From positions 16,492,001-16,556,000 of the forward strand of contig NC_043012.1 in NCBI RefSeq assembly GCF_006345805.1: a stretch of DNA of 64,000 bases, read 5' to 3'. The first letter of the stretch is position 1, and each line of letters begins with the position of its first letter. Below are positions 1-12,168 of the stretch, one piece after another. Made by a program: the position numbers and the translations under genes. This DNA comes from Octopus sinensis (lineage: Eukaryota). Below the pieces are notes generated by a model that saw nothing but the letters and a program-made list of their open reading frames with translations, made no database searches and was not told where the DNA came from.

Positions 1-305
1 TAACGTGCAAGTGGCTGAGCACTCCACAGACACGTGTACCCTTAACGTAGTTCTCGGGGAGATTCAACGTGACACAGAGTGTGACAAGGCTGGTCCTTTG
101 AAATACAGGTACAACAGAAACAGAGGAAGAAAGAGTGAGAGAAAGTTGTGGTGAAAGAGTACAGCTGGGTTCACCACCACCCCCTGCCGGAACCTCGTGG
201 AGCTTTAGGTGTCTTCGCTCAAGAAACATTCACAACGCCCGGTCTAAGAATCGAAACCACAACCCTACGACTGTGAGTCCGCTGCCCTAACCACTGGGCC
301 ATTGC
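1..305 (-). mobile_element. tRNA-headed SINE, family A (cut by window edge)
   Basis: Minus strand has A-box-like TGGCCCAGTGGTTAGGG and B-box-like GGTTTCGATTC; body matches copies at 5845-6216 and 45267-45658. Confidence 0.85.
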
Positions 306-562
306 CCAGTGAATTCATAGTCTGAATATAGAAGCTGGAGGTTTCGAAGTAGTTGTCCATGATATCCTCCTTTTTCTTTGGTTTTCAAACAAATATTTAT
401 ATCTGCATGCATGTATGCATGTATGATTGATTGATTGATTGATTCTAGTTTCAGCTCACGATCTGTGGCCATGCTGGGGCACCGTTCTTTTATGTTTTTC
501 ATTATTTAAATTCTTCGGAGGAAGAAGGATCTGGTTTCTAACAAAGATACAAAGCTCCATTG

Positions 563-1300
563 TTAGAATGTAGATAAGGAAAACAAGGTCACATTCTGAA
601 CCCGAGAAATGTCTTGCAAAGCTTTAGTGTTCCGCTTACAGGTTGCATTTCTAAAATGCGAATCATTTGGTTGATTTCTTTTTTCCGAAAATCCAAGCTT
701 ATCTAGACTGACAGTTAGACATTTACTTAACCAAGCGCTCCGATTATTATTGGTATACATGTAAGCTGGAGGTTTCGAAGCAGATGTTCATAGTGAGCTT
801 CTGTCTCTTTGATTTTCAAACAGATATATTCACATCAGATAATTTCTATGACGGTGCATACTTTTACTAGTCCGTCCCAAACAATATCCGGTCTGTTATG
901 CTCACACTTGACACATCATTTGATGGCAATGTTCTACAAGTATTCCTTCAGCTGATATTTGTCTAAGTATTCAATAACAGGGGGATTCACTATATTTATT
1001 CTAGGACAGTCTTTTTTCCGGGGAGGGTTTTTGTATATTGTTTTTGCAACAGCGTCGTGTCGCATAGGGAGGTAGCACCTCGATGATATTTTTAAGCAGC
1101 TGTTATCACATTCGTGATGTCTTCCACGGAAATATGACATAGTCTACATTTACGGTTGCATCTTGGAACTCCAAGGGCTTCACTGTCTCTTGTTCTTGGA
1201 TTGCAAATGCATTGTCTTCGAAGTGTGATTTGATGTAGCGGTCACGAGTTTAAGAGAAGCTTCGCTTCATGTCAATGGTACTGTCTTTGAGAGATTCATT
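563..1300 (-). mobile_element. Degenerate 3' end of an RLE-type (R4/Dong-like) non-LTR retrotransposon
   Basis: Broken frames give YLPMRHDAVAKTIY, KCEHNRPDIVWD, IPIIIGALG and LCKTFLGFRM*, typical of the restriction-like endonuclease C-terminus. A second related fragment lies at ~310-405 (LLRNLQL). Confidence 0.7.
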
Positions 1301-1328
1301 AGTTTTTTTCAACATCCACTCATAATTA

Positions 1329-1818
1329 TTTCTACTTTAGGCACAAGGCCTTGAAAATTTTGGAAGGAAGAGGGCTAGTCGATTACATCGACTCCAGTGC
1401 GTAACTGGTACTTATTTTATCGACCCCGAAATGATGAAAAGCAAAGTCGACCTCGGTGGAATTTGAACTCAGAACGTAACGGTAGACGAAATACCTATTT
1501 CTTTACTACCCACAAGGGGCTAAACACAGAGAGGACAAACAAGGACAGACAAACGGATTAAGTCGATTATATCGACCCCATTGCGCAACTGGTACTTATT
1601 TTATCGACCCCGAAAGGATGAAAGGCAAAGTCGACCTCGGTGGAATTTGAACTCAGAACCTAACGGTAGACGAAATACCTATTTCTTTACCACCCACAAG
1701 GGGCTAAACACAGAGAGGACAAACAAGGACAGACAAACGGATTAAGTCGATTATATCGACCCCATTGCGCAACTGGTACTTATTTAATCGACCCCGAAAG
1801 GATGAAAGGCAAAGTGGA
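1329..1818 (-). mobile_element. Nested/tandem array of family B SINEs (Meta-domain-like)
   Basis: Three partial units with core GCCTTTCATCCTTTCGGGGTCGATAAA..AAGTACCAG, joined tail-to-body at GAAATA|GGTATTTCGTC. Confidence 0.85.
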
Positions 1819-1822
1819 CATA

Positions 1823-2306
1823 TACATATTACTGCTCCCAATTGTGGTCCCCACAGAGTGAAAAACTAATTGCGGAATTTGAAGCGATCCGACGCCACTT
1901 CACAAAGACTATAGACTCAGTAAAACACATGAGCTACATGGAGAGATTGAGGGAACTGGGACTCTACTCTCTGAAGAGGAGACGTGAGAGATATTCAGTG
2001 CTATACATGAGGAAAATAACGGAGGGTCTGGCTCCAAATTTCGGGATTGAAATCTACAACAATCCCCGAACTGGACAACACTGCACAGTACCAAAGTTCC
2101 ATCTTCGCCATCGAGGATACGAAACCAATATTGTAATAGTTTGGGTTTCAAAGGACCGCAACTTTTTAATGCCCTACGACAGAACATCAGGGATTTGCAA
2201 GGTGTAGACATGGAAGTCTTCAAAAAACGTCTAGACAGTTTTTTTTTTATCTGCAATTCCAGATGAAACCACATCGCGACAGGAGGCACAAAGTGCGACA
2301 ACGTCA
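1823..2306 (+). mobile_element. CR1/L2-group LINE 3' relic (C-terminal ORF2)
   Basis: ORF 1842-2207 WSPQ...SYMERLRELGLYSLKRRRERY matches the post-RT motif of CR1-group LINEs; frameshifted. Confidence 0.75.
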
Positions 2307-2321
2307 TGTATATATACACAC

Positions 2322-2354
<33 letters not shown>

Positions 2355-2476
2355 AATAAACCTTTACATAAATAAATAACATGAAATACACGAAGGGACG
2401 AACAAAAAGACAAACGGGTCATTCAAAGCCTTCATTCTTCAGTCAGAAACTGATCCCTCATCGCAGATTTCGGCTG

Positions 2477-2512
<36 letters not shown>

Positions 2513-2892
2513 CACACGTCTATATTTATATACATACATATATACATACATATATACATACATATACACACACGCATGTATGTATGTCTCTATTTATGCG
2601 TGTCCCTGATGCAAGCAGTCTTCGTAGATTAATTATTACGAAATAAACAAAGATTATATAATACCGAACAGGGATATTGTTCGGTCGGTCATCCATACAT
2701 GTCAGCCGGTTTAAAGTTAAGTCACACAACAGAGATACAATCATTAACATGCGGACTCACACCAACAAACAAGCACAGAGATACACGCACATTAACACGC
2801 GCGCGCACACACACACACACACTATTACTTTCCAAATTTTTTAAGTGGACGATCAACAATGGAACGCCTATTTATATCACATAAATTGACAT

Positions 2893-3810
2893 AAGCGCAT
2901 GTGTGCCTGTGTGGTAAGAAGTTTGTTTACCAACCATACGGTTCCGGGTTCCTTTCTACTGCGTGGTACCTTGGCCACGCGTCCTCTAACAAAGCTTTGG
3001 AACGACCAAAACCTTATGAGTGGATCTGGTAGGCGGAAACTGAAAGAAGCCCGATGTATGTATGCATGTATGAATGTATGTATGTATGTATGTATGTATG
3101 TATGTATGTATGTATGTATGTATGCATGTATGTATGTATGTATGTATGTATTTGTGTATGCATGTATGTATGTATTTCTGTATGTATGTATGTATATGTA
3201 TGTATGTATATGTATGAATGTATATGTGTGTATGTATGTATGAATGTATTTAGGAATGTATGTATATGTGCGTGTATATGCGTGTATGCATGTATTTGTG
3301 TATGGATGTATTTTTGTATGCATGTGTGTGTGTGTATGTATATATATATCTGTGTATGTGTGTATGCATCTATGTATATGTGTATGTATGTATAAATGCA
3401 TGAAATTATATCTTTATATGTGTATAATTATATATATTTATGTATTCATGTGTGTATGAATGTATGTATGTATATACGTATGAATGTATGTAGATATGTA
3501 TATATGTATGTATGTATGTATGTATGTACGTATATGTGTATGTATGTATGTATGTATGTGTGTGTGTGTATGTATGTATGTATGTATGTATGTATGTATG
3601 TATGTGTTTGTGCCTACCACTGCTTGAAAACAGGTGTCGGTGTGTTTATGTCCCTGTAACCTAGTTGTTGGACAAAAGAAACCGATAGAATAAGCGCTAG
3701 TTTTTTAAAAATATCTATAAATAAGTAGAGGGATGATTCGTTCAATTCAAATTCTTGAAGGCGGTGCCCCAGCATGGCCGCAGTCTAATGGCTGAAACAA
3801 GTGAAAGGTA
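2893..3810 (+). mobile_element. CORE-like tRNA SINE, family C (Octopus OR2-like), split by a ~550-bp (TATG)n expansion
   Basis: Head GTGTGGTAAGAAG..GGTTCCGGGTTC, GGAAACTGAAAGAAGCCC, internal microsatellite, tail CAGCATGGCCGCAGTC..GAAACAAGT; same layout at 17640-18050 and 33170-33580. Confidence 0.75.
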
Positions 3811-4484
3811 AAAGGTATGTATTAAAACTGAGCTCTGATTGACTGTATTCAAATGAGTTCATAACTGGGACTCGGAACTCTCGTGGGAAAAAAAAATTCA
3901 CTTTCCGGCCGCGCACATACGCACATGGCCCTCTGGTGCGCGGGATGTTGTTAACATGAAGCATCAAACAGGGCGCCGGCAAAAATTTTAATGTTCTTTT
4001 TATTTCCTCTACCAAACTGGACAAAAAGGTTTTCATGAAATATTATATGCTACTTATCATGCATAAGTAGTGTCAATATCCCATGGTCGGAAAATGGCCT
4101 AAAAGAAAGACAAAACCCAGTGCAGTATACTCAAACCTCATTAATCTGCATTGAGTGGGAAGCATAGTCGGCGTCGGAAATTTTTTTTTAGTCAACAGCA
4201 ATTCGAGGAGCCTGATTAATGTCTGTTGCAAATTTGGAGGAAAGCGGTTGGATACTCTTCAAGTTACGGGCGTTAACGCTGCCAAAATGCTTTTAAAATG
4301 CGTTTTATCTGCCTCTGGGCTCGCATAAGGCAAGAAGTTGAAAATTATTTGGCCCATGACACTCCATGGACCTTGATTAATACATGTGTCAAATTTGACT
4401 GGGTACTTCTCGAGTTTTAGGGATTCGGTAGCAGATTTTGTGATATAATTGTGATGCTTTTACAGCTTTGATAATAATGCATAT

Positions 4485-4554
<70 letters not shown>

Positions 4555-4570
4555 AATATATATATATATT

Positions 4571-4604
<34 letters not shown>

Positions 4605-4650
4605 CAAACCCTAAAGGTGCGTCACATTTAGGTGACAAATATACTTCATG

Positions 4651-4742
<92 letters not shown>

Positions 4743-4859
4743 AAAGAGCAATAAAGATTCAAGTTATTTAAATGAATTTACTTGAATATGGTACCTAACT
4801 TAGATGCACCAAAAAAAACTATACTGATTTAACAATACAGTAATGTGGGGTGATTATAA

Positions 4860-5679
4860 GCGAGAAAGAAGCAACAAGAATGGATAGGTTTTTAGTACGA
4901 TCGTTTCATACAAGGACAGGTTTTATTAAAAGTTGCAAAGATTACAGCATATAAACGAGTCCCGTACTCATCAGCTAAAATACATGTGAGTTCTCTAGAC
5001 ATCCTAGTGTTTGAGGCTATACTCATGAAGTAATGTAGATAAATAAGTAACATAAACAGATTTCTAAAGTTCATTAAAGTTCTTTAAAGATGATGTACAG
5101 TCTTATCACAGAATTTTAAAAAAGTTTTGATAGCATCACAGAGAAGGTGACCTAATCCATATGCATTTCCATAGATATGATGAGGGATTATATACTCACA
5201 GAAGTATATATGACCACGAGTCCGCTGCCCTAACCACTGGGCCATGGCTGGCAGAAACGTTAGCGCGCCGGGCGAAATGCTTAGCGGTATTTCGTCTGCC
5301 GCTATGTTCTGAGTTCAAATTCCGCCGAGGTCGACTTCTGTGAGTATATAATCCCTCATCATATCTATGGAAATGCATATGGATTAGGTCACCTTCTCTG
5401 TGATGCTATCAAAACTTTTTTAAAATTCTGTGATAAGACTGTACATCATCTTTAAAGAACTTTAATGAACTTTAGAAATCTGTTTATGTTACTTATTTAT
5501 CTACATTACTTCATGAGTATAGCCTCAAACACTAGGATGTCTAGAGAACTCACATGTATTTTAGCTGATGAGTACGGGACTCGTTTATATGCTGTAATCT
5601 TTGCAACTTTTAATAAAACCTGTCCTTGTATGAAACGATCGTACTAAAAACCTATCCATTCTTGTTGCTTCTTTCTCGC
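4860..5679. repeat. 346-bp inverted repeat (4860-5205 / 5334-5679) with 128-bp spacer; Penelope-like non-coding element
   Basis: Identical ORFs on opposite strands (4892-5074 -, 5465-5647 +); arm ends checked by eye; extra outer 48-bp IR at 4611-4658 / 5744-5791. Confidence 0.9.
5559..5649 (+). ncRNA. Type I hammerhead ribozyme motif (mirror copy 4890-4980 minus)
   Basis: ttttag-CTGATGA-gtacgggac...gtccttgtat-GAAA-cgatcg-TA-ctaaaa: stem I ttttag/ctaaaa, palindromic stem III ACGATCGT, GUA cleavage triplet. Confidence 0.75.
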
Positions 5680-5721
<42 letters not shown>

Positions 5722-5807
5722 GTTTGTATATATATATATATATTTATATATCATGAAGTATATTTGTCACCTAAATGTGACGCACCTTTAGCGTGTGTGT
5801 GTATAGA

Positions 5808-5839
<32 letters not shown>

Positions 5840-5844
5840 AAGAG

Positions 5845-6216
5845 AAGCACTCCGTCGATTATGACGATGAGGGTTCCGGTTGATCCGAATCAACGGAACA
5901 GCCTGCTCGTGAAATTAACGTGTAAGTGGCTGAGCACTCCACAGACACGTGCACCCTTAACGTAGTTCTCGGGGATATTGAGCGTGACACAGAGAGTGAC
6001 AAGTCCGGCCCCTTGAAATACGGGTACAACAGAAACAGGAAGTAAGAGTGAGAGAAAGTTGTGGTGAAAGAGTACAGCAGGGATCACTACCATCCCCTGC
6101 CGGAGCGTCGTGGAGCTTTAGGTGTTTTCGCTCAATAAACACTCAGAACGCCCGGTCTGGGAATCGAAACCGCGATCCTATGACCACGAGTCCGCTGCCC
6201 TAACCACTGGGCCATG
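5845..6216 (-). mobile_element. Family A SINE, near full length
   Basis: tRNA head ends at ~6216; body matches 1-305 and 45267-45658. Confidence 0.85.
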
Positions 6217-6434
6217 GCTGGCAGAAACGTTAGCGCGCCGGGCGAAATGCTTAGCGGTATTTCGTCTGCCGCTATGTTCTGAGTTCAAATTCCGCCGAGG
6301 TCGACTTTGCCTTTCATCCTTTCGTGGTCGATAAATTAAGTACCAGTTTCGCACTGGGGTCGATGTAATCGACTTAATCCGTTTGTCTGTCCTTGTTTGT
6401 CCCCTCTATGTTTAGCCCCTTGTGAGCAGTAAAG

Positions 6435-6439
<5 letters not shown>
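6216..6439 (+). mobile_element. Family B SINE, head-to-head with the family A copy
   Basis: GCTGGCAGAAACGTTAGC (A box), GAGTTCAAATTCC (B box), Meta-like core, tail CCCCTTGTG..TAAAGAAATA. Confidence 0.85.
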
Positions 6440-6482
<43 letters not shown>

Positions 6483-6875
6483 TCACTCGCACTTACACAG
6501 GCGTCCGCGTAGAATAGACTCGGAGTCATCCTATACTAAGCCGAGGTTAAAGAAGGGATAGGAACAGTGACGAGCGATGTGGGTTAGAGAGGTTGTAGGC
6601 GTTGATGGAGGAGGACGCGAACGCAAGAACTTCTCTGAAGTGTCACGTAGTGATTTATTAACATCTTAGAAGTTTGCTTAACTGAATAAGATAGTTACGT
6701 AACTAGGATAAAGGAAGCTAGCGATTTGCTTAACATATGACTTCTTTCTTTTCGACCAATCAAAATCCCCAGACGTTACTTTTTGCTTGGTTATGCTGGT
6801 GGTGAGGATGATGATGATGATGGTGATGGTAGTCGTGGTGGTAGTGGAGAAATTGTGTGTATATGTGAATGTGCC

Positions 6876-6917
<42 letters not shown>

Positions 6918-7046
6918 GTTACGTGCATGCGTGTGTATACATGTGTGCGTTCTGTGTTTTATGTATTTCTGTATATATGCGATTGATTTTGTGGGTAAAC
7001 TTGGTGATTATGGTGCGTGAATGTGTGTGTGAGTGTGTGTGTGTGT

Positions 7047-7081
<35 letters not shown>

Positions 7082-7224
7082 TGTGTTCACATACGTTTGT
7101 TTGTATGTGTATAATTGCGTGTATGTGTGTGTGTGTGTGTGTGTGCGTCTGTGCGAATGCAAGTGCGTGTGTGCGCGCGTGTGAAAAATGATAGACACAA
7201 AGATAGACAGACAGACAGACAGAT

Positions 7225-7235
7225 AGATACATACA

Positions 7236-7268
<33 letters not shown>

Positions 7269-7707
7269 GCATACATGCATACATACATACATACATATAT
7301 GCATACATGCATACATACATACATACATATATGCATACATACATACATACATACGTACGTACATACATACATACATACATACGTACATACATACATACAT
7401 ACATGCATACATACGTACATACATACATACATACATACATACATGCATGCATACATACATACATACATACATACATACATACGTACATACATACATACAT
7501 ACATACATGCATACATACGTACATACGTACATACATACATACATACATACATACATACATACATACATGCATGCATACATACATACATACATACATACAT
7601 ACATACATGCATACATACATGCATACATACATACATACATACATACATACGTACATACGTACATACATACGTACATACGTACATACATACATACATACAT
7701 ACATACA

Positions 7708-7739
<32 letters not shown>

Positions 7740-7905
7740 CATACGTACATACGTACATACATACGTACATACGTACATACGTACATACATACATACATAC
7801 ATACATACATACATACATACATACATACATACATACATACATACATACATACATACATACATACATACATACATACATACGTACGTACATACATACGTAC
7901 GTACA
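7225..7905. repeat. Long (CATA)n microsatellite with CGTA/CATG variants
   Basis: Directly visible; it generates the 200-315 aa HTYI/MYVC ORFs. Confidence 0.95.
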
Positions 7906-8285
7906 TCTAAATGTTTAAGCGGTTATCTCAGATCTTTGATCTTCATAGCAGTGAATAACGTTAGGTCGTCCTTCACTTATATCCGACCGCCGTCCACCCT
8001 GCTTCTCCCAGTTTTCGTAACACTATCTAAGGTCACTACATTGACCTCATCAAGTCCTAGAAGATAAAGGACATGAGATAAAAATATTGACACCTCCGGT
8101 TCTCATTGATGTAAGGGTCCTTCAACGAGTATCAAACCTTTCAGCGAATTTGACGTTGAAAAAAAAAAGTGTGTCAACATTATCATTTTAATGTTCCATT
8201 TGCCATGCTGTTATGGGTTGGACAGTTCGAAACGAAGTGATGAGTCCGAGATATGCGCCAAGCTCCATTGTACATACATACACAC

Positions 8286-8486
8286 CAGTGGTTTTCAACC
8301 AGGGTTCCGCCAGTACAGTCTAGGGGTTCCGCAAGAAGTTACAAAACTGCTAAAATTGGCAGTAATTTTTAATTCTCCTGTGCAGATTTGTGTGCATAAG
8401 ACTATTAAATTATTGCACATGGGTTCCTCGAGCCAATGGAATGTTTCCTTGGGGTTCCGCTCCAGCAAAAAGTTTGAAAAGCACTG
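8286..8486. mobile_element. hAT-type MITE
   Basis: TIRs CAGTGGTTTTCAA / TTGAAAAGCACTG; 8-bp TSD ATACACAC (8278-8285, 8487-8494). Confidence 0.8.
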
Positions 8487-8540
8487 ATACACACACACCA
8501 CACACACACACACATTCACACACACACACATACACACACA

Positions 8541-8608
<68 letters not shown>

Positions 8609-8622
8609 TACATATTATCCCT

Positions 8623-8794
8623 TAGCGTAGCCAGAGTCTGTGCCGTCCTTCCGTTTGCTGGCCCCGGACCCCACAAAAATCACATATTGCCTACAGCAAA
8701 CCCAGAAGTGGTACGTACCCATTTAAAATTGCCGCTCGGGGCGGACTGCCCCCCCCCCCGCTTCCCCCCCACACACACACACCTAGCTACGCTA
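8623..8794. mobile_element. Short MITE
   Basis: Terminal inverted TAGCGTAGC / GCTACGCTA around a GC-rich interior; TSD unclear. Confidence 0.55.
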
Positions 8795-8989
8795 GTGATA
8801 TCATCATGTTAAACCGTTAATCCCACACTTTTTTTTTCTTTCCCCCATTTCTTTTCCTCTCATCCTTTTCCCTCGAAGAGCGTAGACTCGAAACGTCATA
8901 CTTTTCCATTCATCCCAAGCGCCAAACTAATACACCTGCTTGTTGTTCCCTCACATATCTTCGTCTTTTGTCTTTCTTTTGTACACTTG

Positions 8990-9063
<74 letters not shown>

Positions 9064-10255
9064 CACATCAATAAGCCATTTTAACATTTTAACCGACGGC
9101 TTATTGATGCGTTTTGTTTCTTTTTTTTCCCTGGTGAGATGATTACATATTGTTTTACATCATTTTATTCCCCCAGGAATAATACCAATGTTTTCTTCGA
9201 AACATATGTCGGAAGTATAAAGATTTGAATAATATTTCACTAAACCCTGGAATTTCTACCTTTATAAATAGGCTGTAATATCCTTAGCACTTACGTGAAT
9301 TTTTGTTACCCTAGTAACTATTTATTTATTTTTTCCGTGTTATTTGTACACTTTGAAAAAATTACATTCCACCAAAAATTCTTCAAGGCGGTGCCCCAGC
9401 ATGGCCTCAGTTTAATGACTGGAACAAGTAAAAGGTGAAAAAAAAACGAAAAAATAATTCTGTCGGGATCGACTTTGCCTTTCGTCCTTTCGAGGTCGAT
9501 AAATTAAGTATCAGTTGTATACTGGGATCGATCTAATCAACTGACCCCTCCCCACAAAAAATTCAGGCCTAGAAAAGTGTATTGTGACAGTTACAGAATA
9601 TAGAAAGTAATGTAACACCAATGACTATATAATCCAACCAAAATATCTCATTAACACAAACCTAAACGGAATTACTATTTAACCTTAAAATACATCGTAC
9701 ATATTCAAAGAACCTTAATGTACAAATTGAAATGCAAAAGAACGAAATAATAAATGGATTTATGAATGAAAGTTTGGTAATTGCATTTATTTTCACCACG
9801 TGACACTTATTATTGCAAACGGGTTTTAACTAACCTAAACTATACACACACACACAAATACATTCATATATATATGTCTCGAGTTGTAGCTGTAATTCAA
9901 AGGGGCCAGCCTTGTCATATTCTGTGTGAGGTTGAATCTCCTTGAGAACTAGGTTAATGTTATGCATGTCTGTGGCATATTCAGCCATTTGTGAGTTAAT
10001 TTTATCCTCATGTGGTAATGAAAAGTGAAATTGACATCCAATATTTTCTGTGTGCATGTGTCTATGTATAAACTTTTCTTTGGATATATGTTTCTACTGT
10101 CTCTCTCACTTCCTCTCTTTCTCTTTCACTTCCTTTGTATCCCTCTTCTCTCCTGCTTTTGATTTAACAAAGTGTATATTATCTATGTATCTTCTTCTCT
10201 TGCGATGTGATAAACATTTAAAAACACAAAACGAATGCTGTCACCACTCACTGTT

Positions 10256-10291
<36 letters not shown>

Positions 10292-10597
10292 AAGCATTTA
10301 AAAACACAAAACGAACGCCGTCACCACTCACAGTCTCTTTAACTCTCTCTCTTTCTCTCTCACTTTCTTTCTCATTCTCCCTTTTTCTCTCATTCTCTCT
10401 CTCTTACTTCCTCTCTGTCCTCCTCTCTCTCGCTTTGTCACTTCTTTGAAGTGTGACGCACACAACAGGTACATACAAAATCAAAAAGCGTATTAGTATT
10501 ATTGATGATGATGATATATATCATCATCATCATCATCATCAGTATCATCATCGCTTAACGTCTGCCTTCCATGATGGCATGGGGGGGGGGACATATA

Positions 10598-12118
10598 CGT
10601 GGTCTAATCAATAAGCGTTCGGACTGTTGCCATAGTAACGAAGCTAAAGCACACAGAATGAAACCGCTTGACACAAATTGACCTTGAACTCTGCAGTGCA
10701 TGTGCACTAAGTTTTAACGTTCTAGCTCACTTCCACTGTTTACAGTAGTACTTGGAAGGAACGTGTGTAGCGTGTCATCGTCGCACTGACCATGACAGAG
10801 AAAGTTAAGAAGAGAATCTGCATCAAAAGCTTGGAAGTTCCTGCTCAGAGGCCTACGCAAAGTCACAGAAAGTGTATGGAGAGGAGTGTAGGAGCTGCAC
10901 ACAAGTGTACGAGTGGTTCAGACATTTCCAAGATATCCGAAAAAATGTCGATAGTGACAAACGTTCCGAGAGAAATGCAATCAGCAGAACTGAGAAAAAC
11001 ATCGCAGATGTGCGTGTGGCTGTAGGGGGGGGGGATCATCGAATCACTATCCGCGAGTAATGAGAGGATGTGCAGATTAGTTACGGTTCTGTTCAGTCCG
11101 TTATCACTTAAGATTTGGGTAAGAGACGAGTACCTGCCAAGTTTGTGCCGAAACTGCTTTCAGCTGACCAAAAAGGCACTCGGGGTTTCAATTGCACAAG
11201 ATTTCCTTGATTATGTCGAGAACGATGAAAACATTTTGAAAAAAGGTCATAACGAGTGATGAATCGTGGGTTTATGGCTATGAACCCACAAACAAAGGCT
11301 CAGTCTTCGCAATGGAAGACCCCCCAACCTTTCCTAGATCGAAGCAATGTGAAGACACTGCTGACTGTTTTCTTAAACTACAAGGGGATTGTTCATTATA
11401 AGTATGCTCCACCTGGTCAGGCAGTAAACAAGGAGTACTACCATGATGTTTCGTGGCGTTTGTAGGATTCTATTCCTCGGGAAAGGCCACAATTGCATGC
11501 GTCCGGTAAGTGGTAATTGCAAGGCGGCGAGCTGGCAGAAACGTTAGCACGCCGGGCGAAATGCTTAGCGGTATTTCGTCTGCGTTACGTTGTGAGTTCA
11601 AATTCCGCCGAGGCCGACTTTGCCTTTCATCCTTTCGGGGTCGATAAATTAAGTACCAGTTATGCACTGGGGTCGATGTAATCGACTTAATACCTATGTC
11701 TGTCCTTGTTTAGCCCCTTGTGGGTAATAAAGAAATAGGTAATTGCTCCATGACAACGCACCTGCCCATTCAACGCAGCTTGTGCAACAGTTTTTGGCTA
11801 GGCACAGCATTTCCCAGGGTTGACAGCTACCGTATTCTCCAGATCTCGCCCCTTGTGACTTTTCCCTCTTTCCAAAAATCAAATCCTGCTTGAAAGAAAG
11901 AAGATTCCAGGACGTCGAGGAAATCAAAGTGAATGTGACGAGGCAGCAGCTGAATATCCCAGAAAATGAGTTCCAGTAAGGCTTCCATCAATGGAAACAG
12001 CACTGGATTAAGTGTATGGTTCCGAAGGGGTCTACTTTGAAGGAGATTAAATGCCAAATTGGTACGGTTGTAGTATTGTTTTATAGCTCCAGTCCGGATA
12101 CTTATTGATCAGACCTCA
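10598..12118 (+). mobile_element. Mariner (D34D) transposon, full-length but with a degenerate transposase (~10792-12049)
   Basis: ~28-bp imperfect TIRs (CGTGGTCTAATCAATAAGCGTTCGGACTG / CAGTCCGGATACTTATTGATCAGACCTCA) and TA flanks; motifs QSSQW, HDNAPAH, PYSPDLAPCDF with 34 residues between the catalytic Ds, and YFEGD*; stops and frameshifts present. Confidence 0.9.
11521..11737 (+). mobile_element. Family B SINE inserted in the mariner
   Basis: Full head-core-tail; 9-bp TSD GGTAATTGC (11512-11520, 11738-11746). Confidence 0.9.
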
Positions 12119-12168
12119 TATATATATATATATATATATTATATTATATATATATATATATATATACA

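Noticed and set aside
6959-8067. Long 200-315 aa ORFs (MYVC/HTYI repeats) and similar ORFs throughout the window
   Set aside because: They are translations of (CATA)n, (CA)n, (TA)n, (GAT)n and (AAT)n microsatellites, open in several frames and on both strands.
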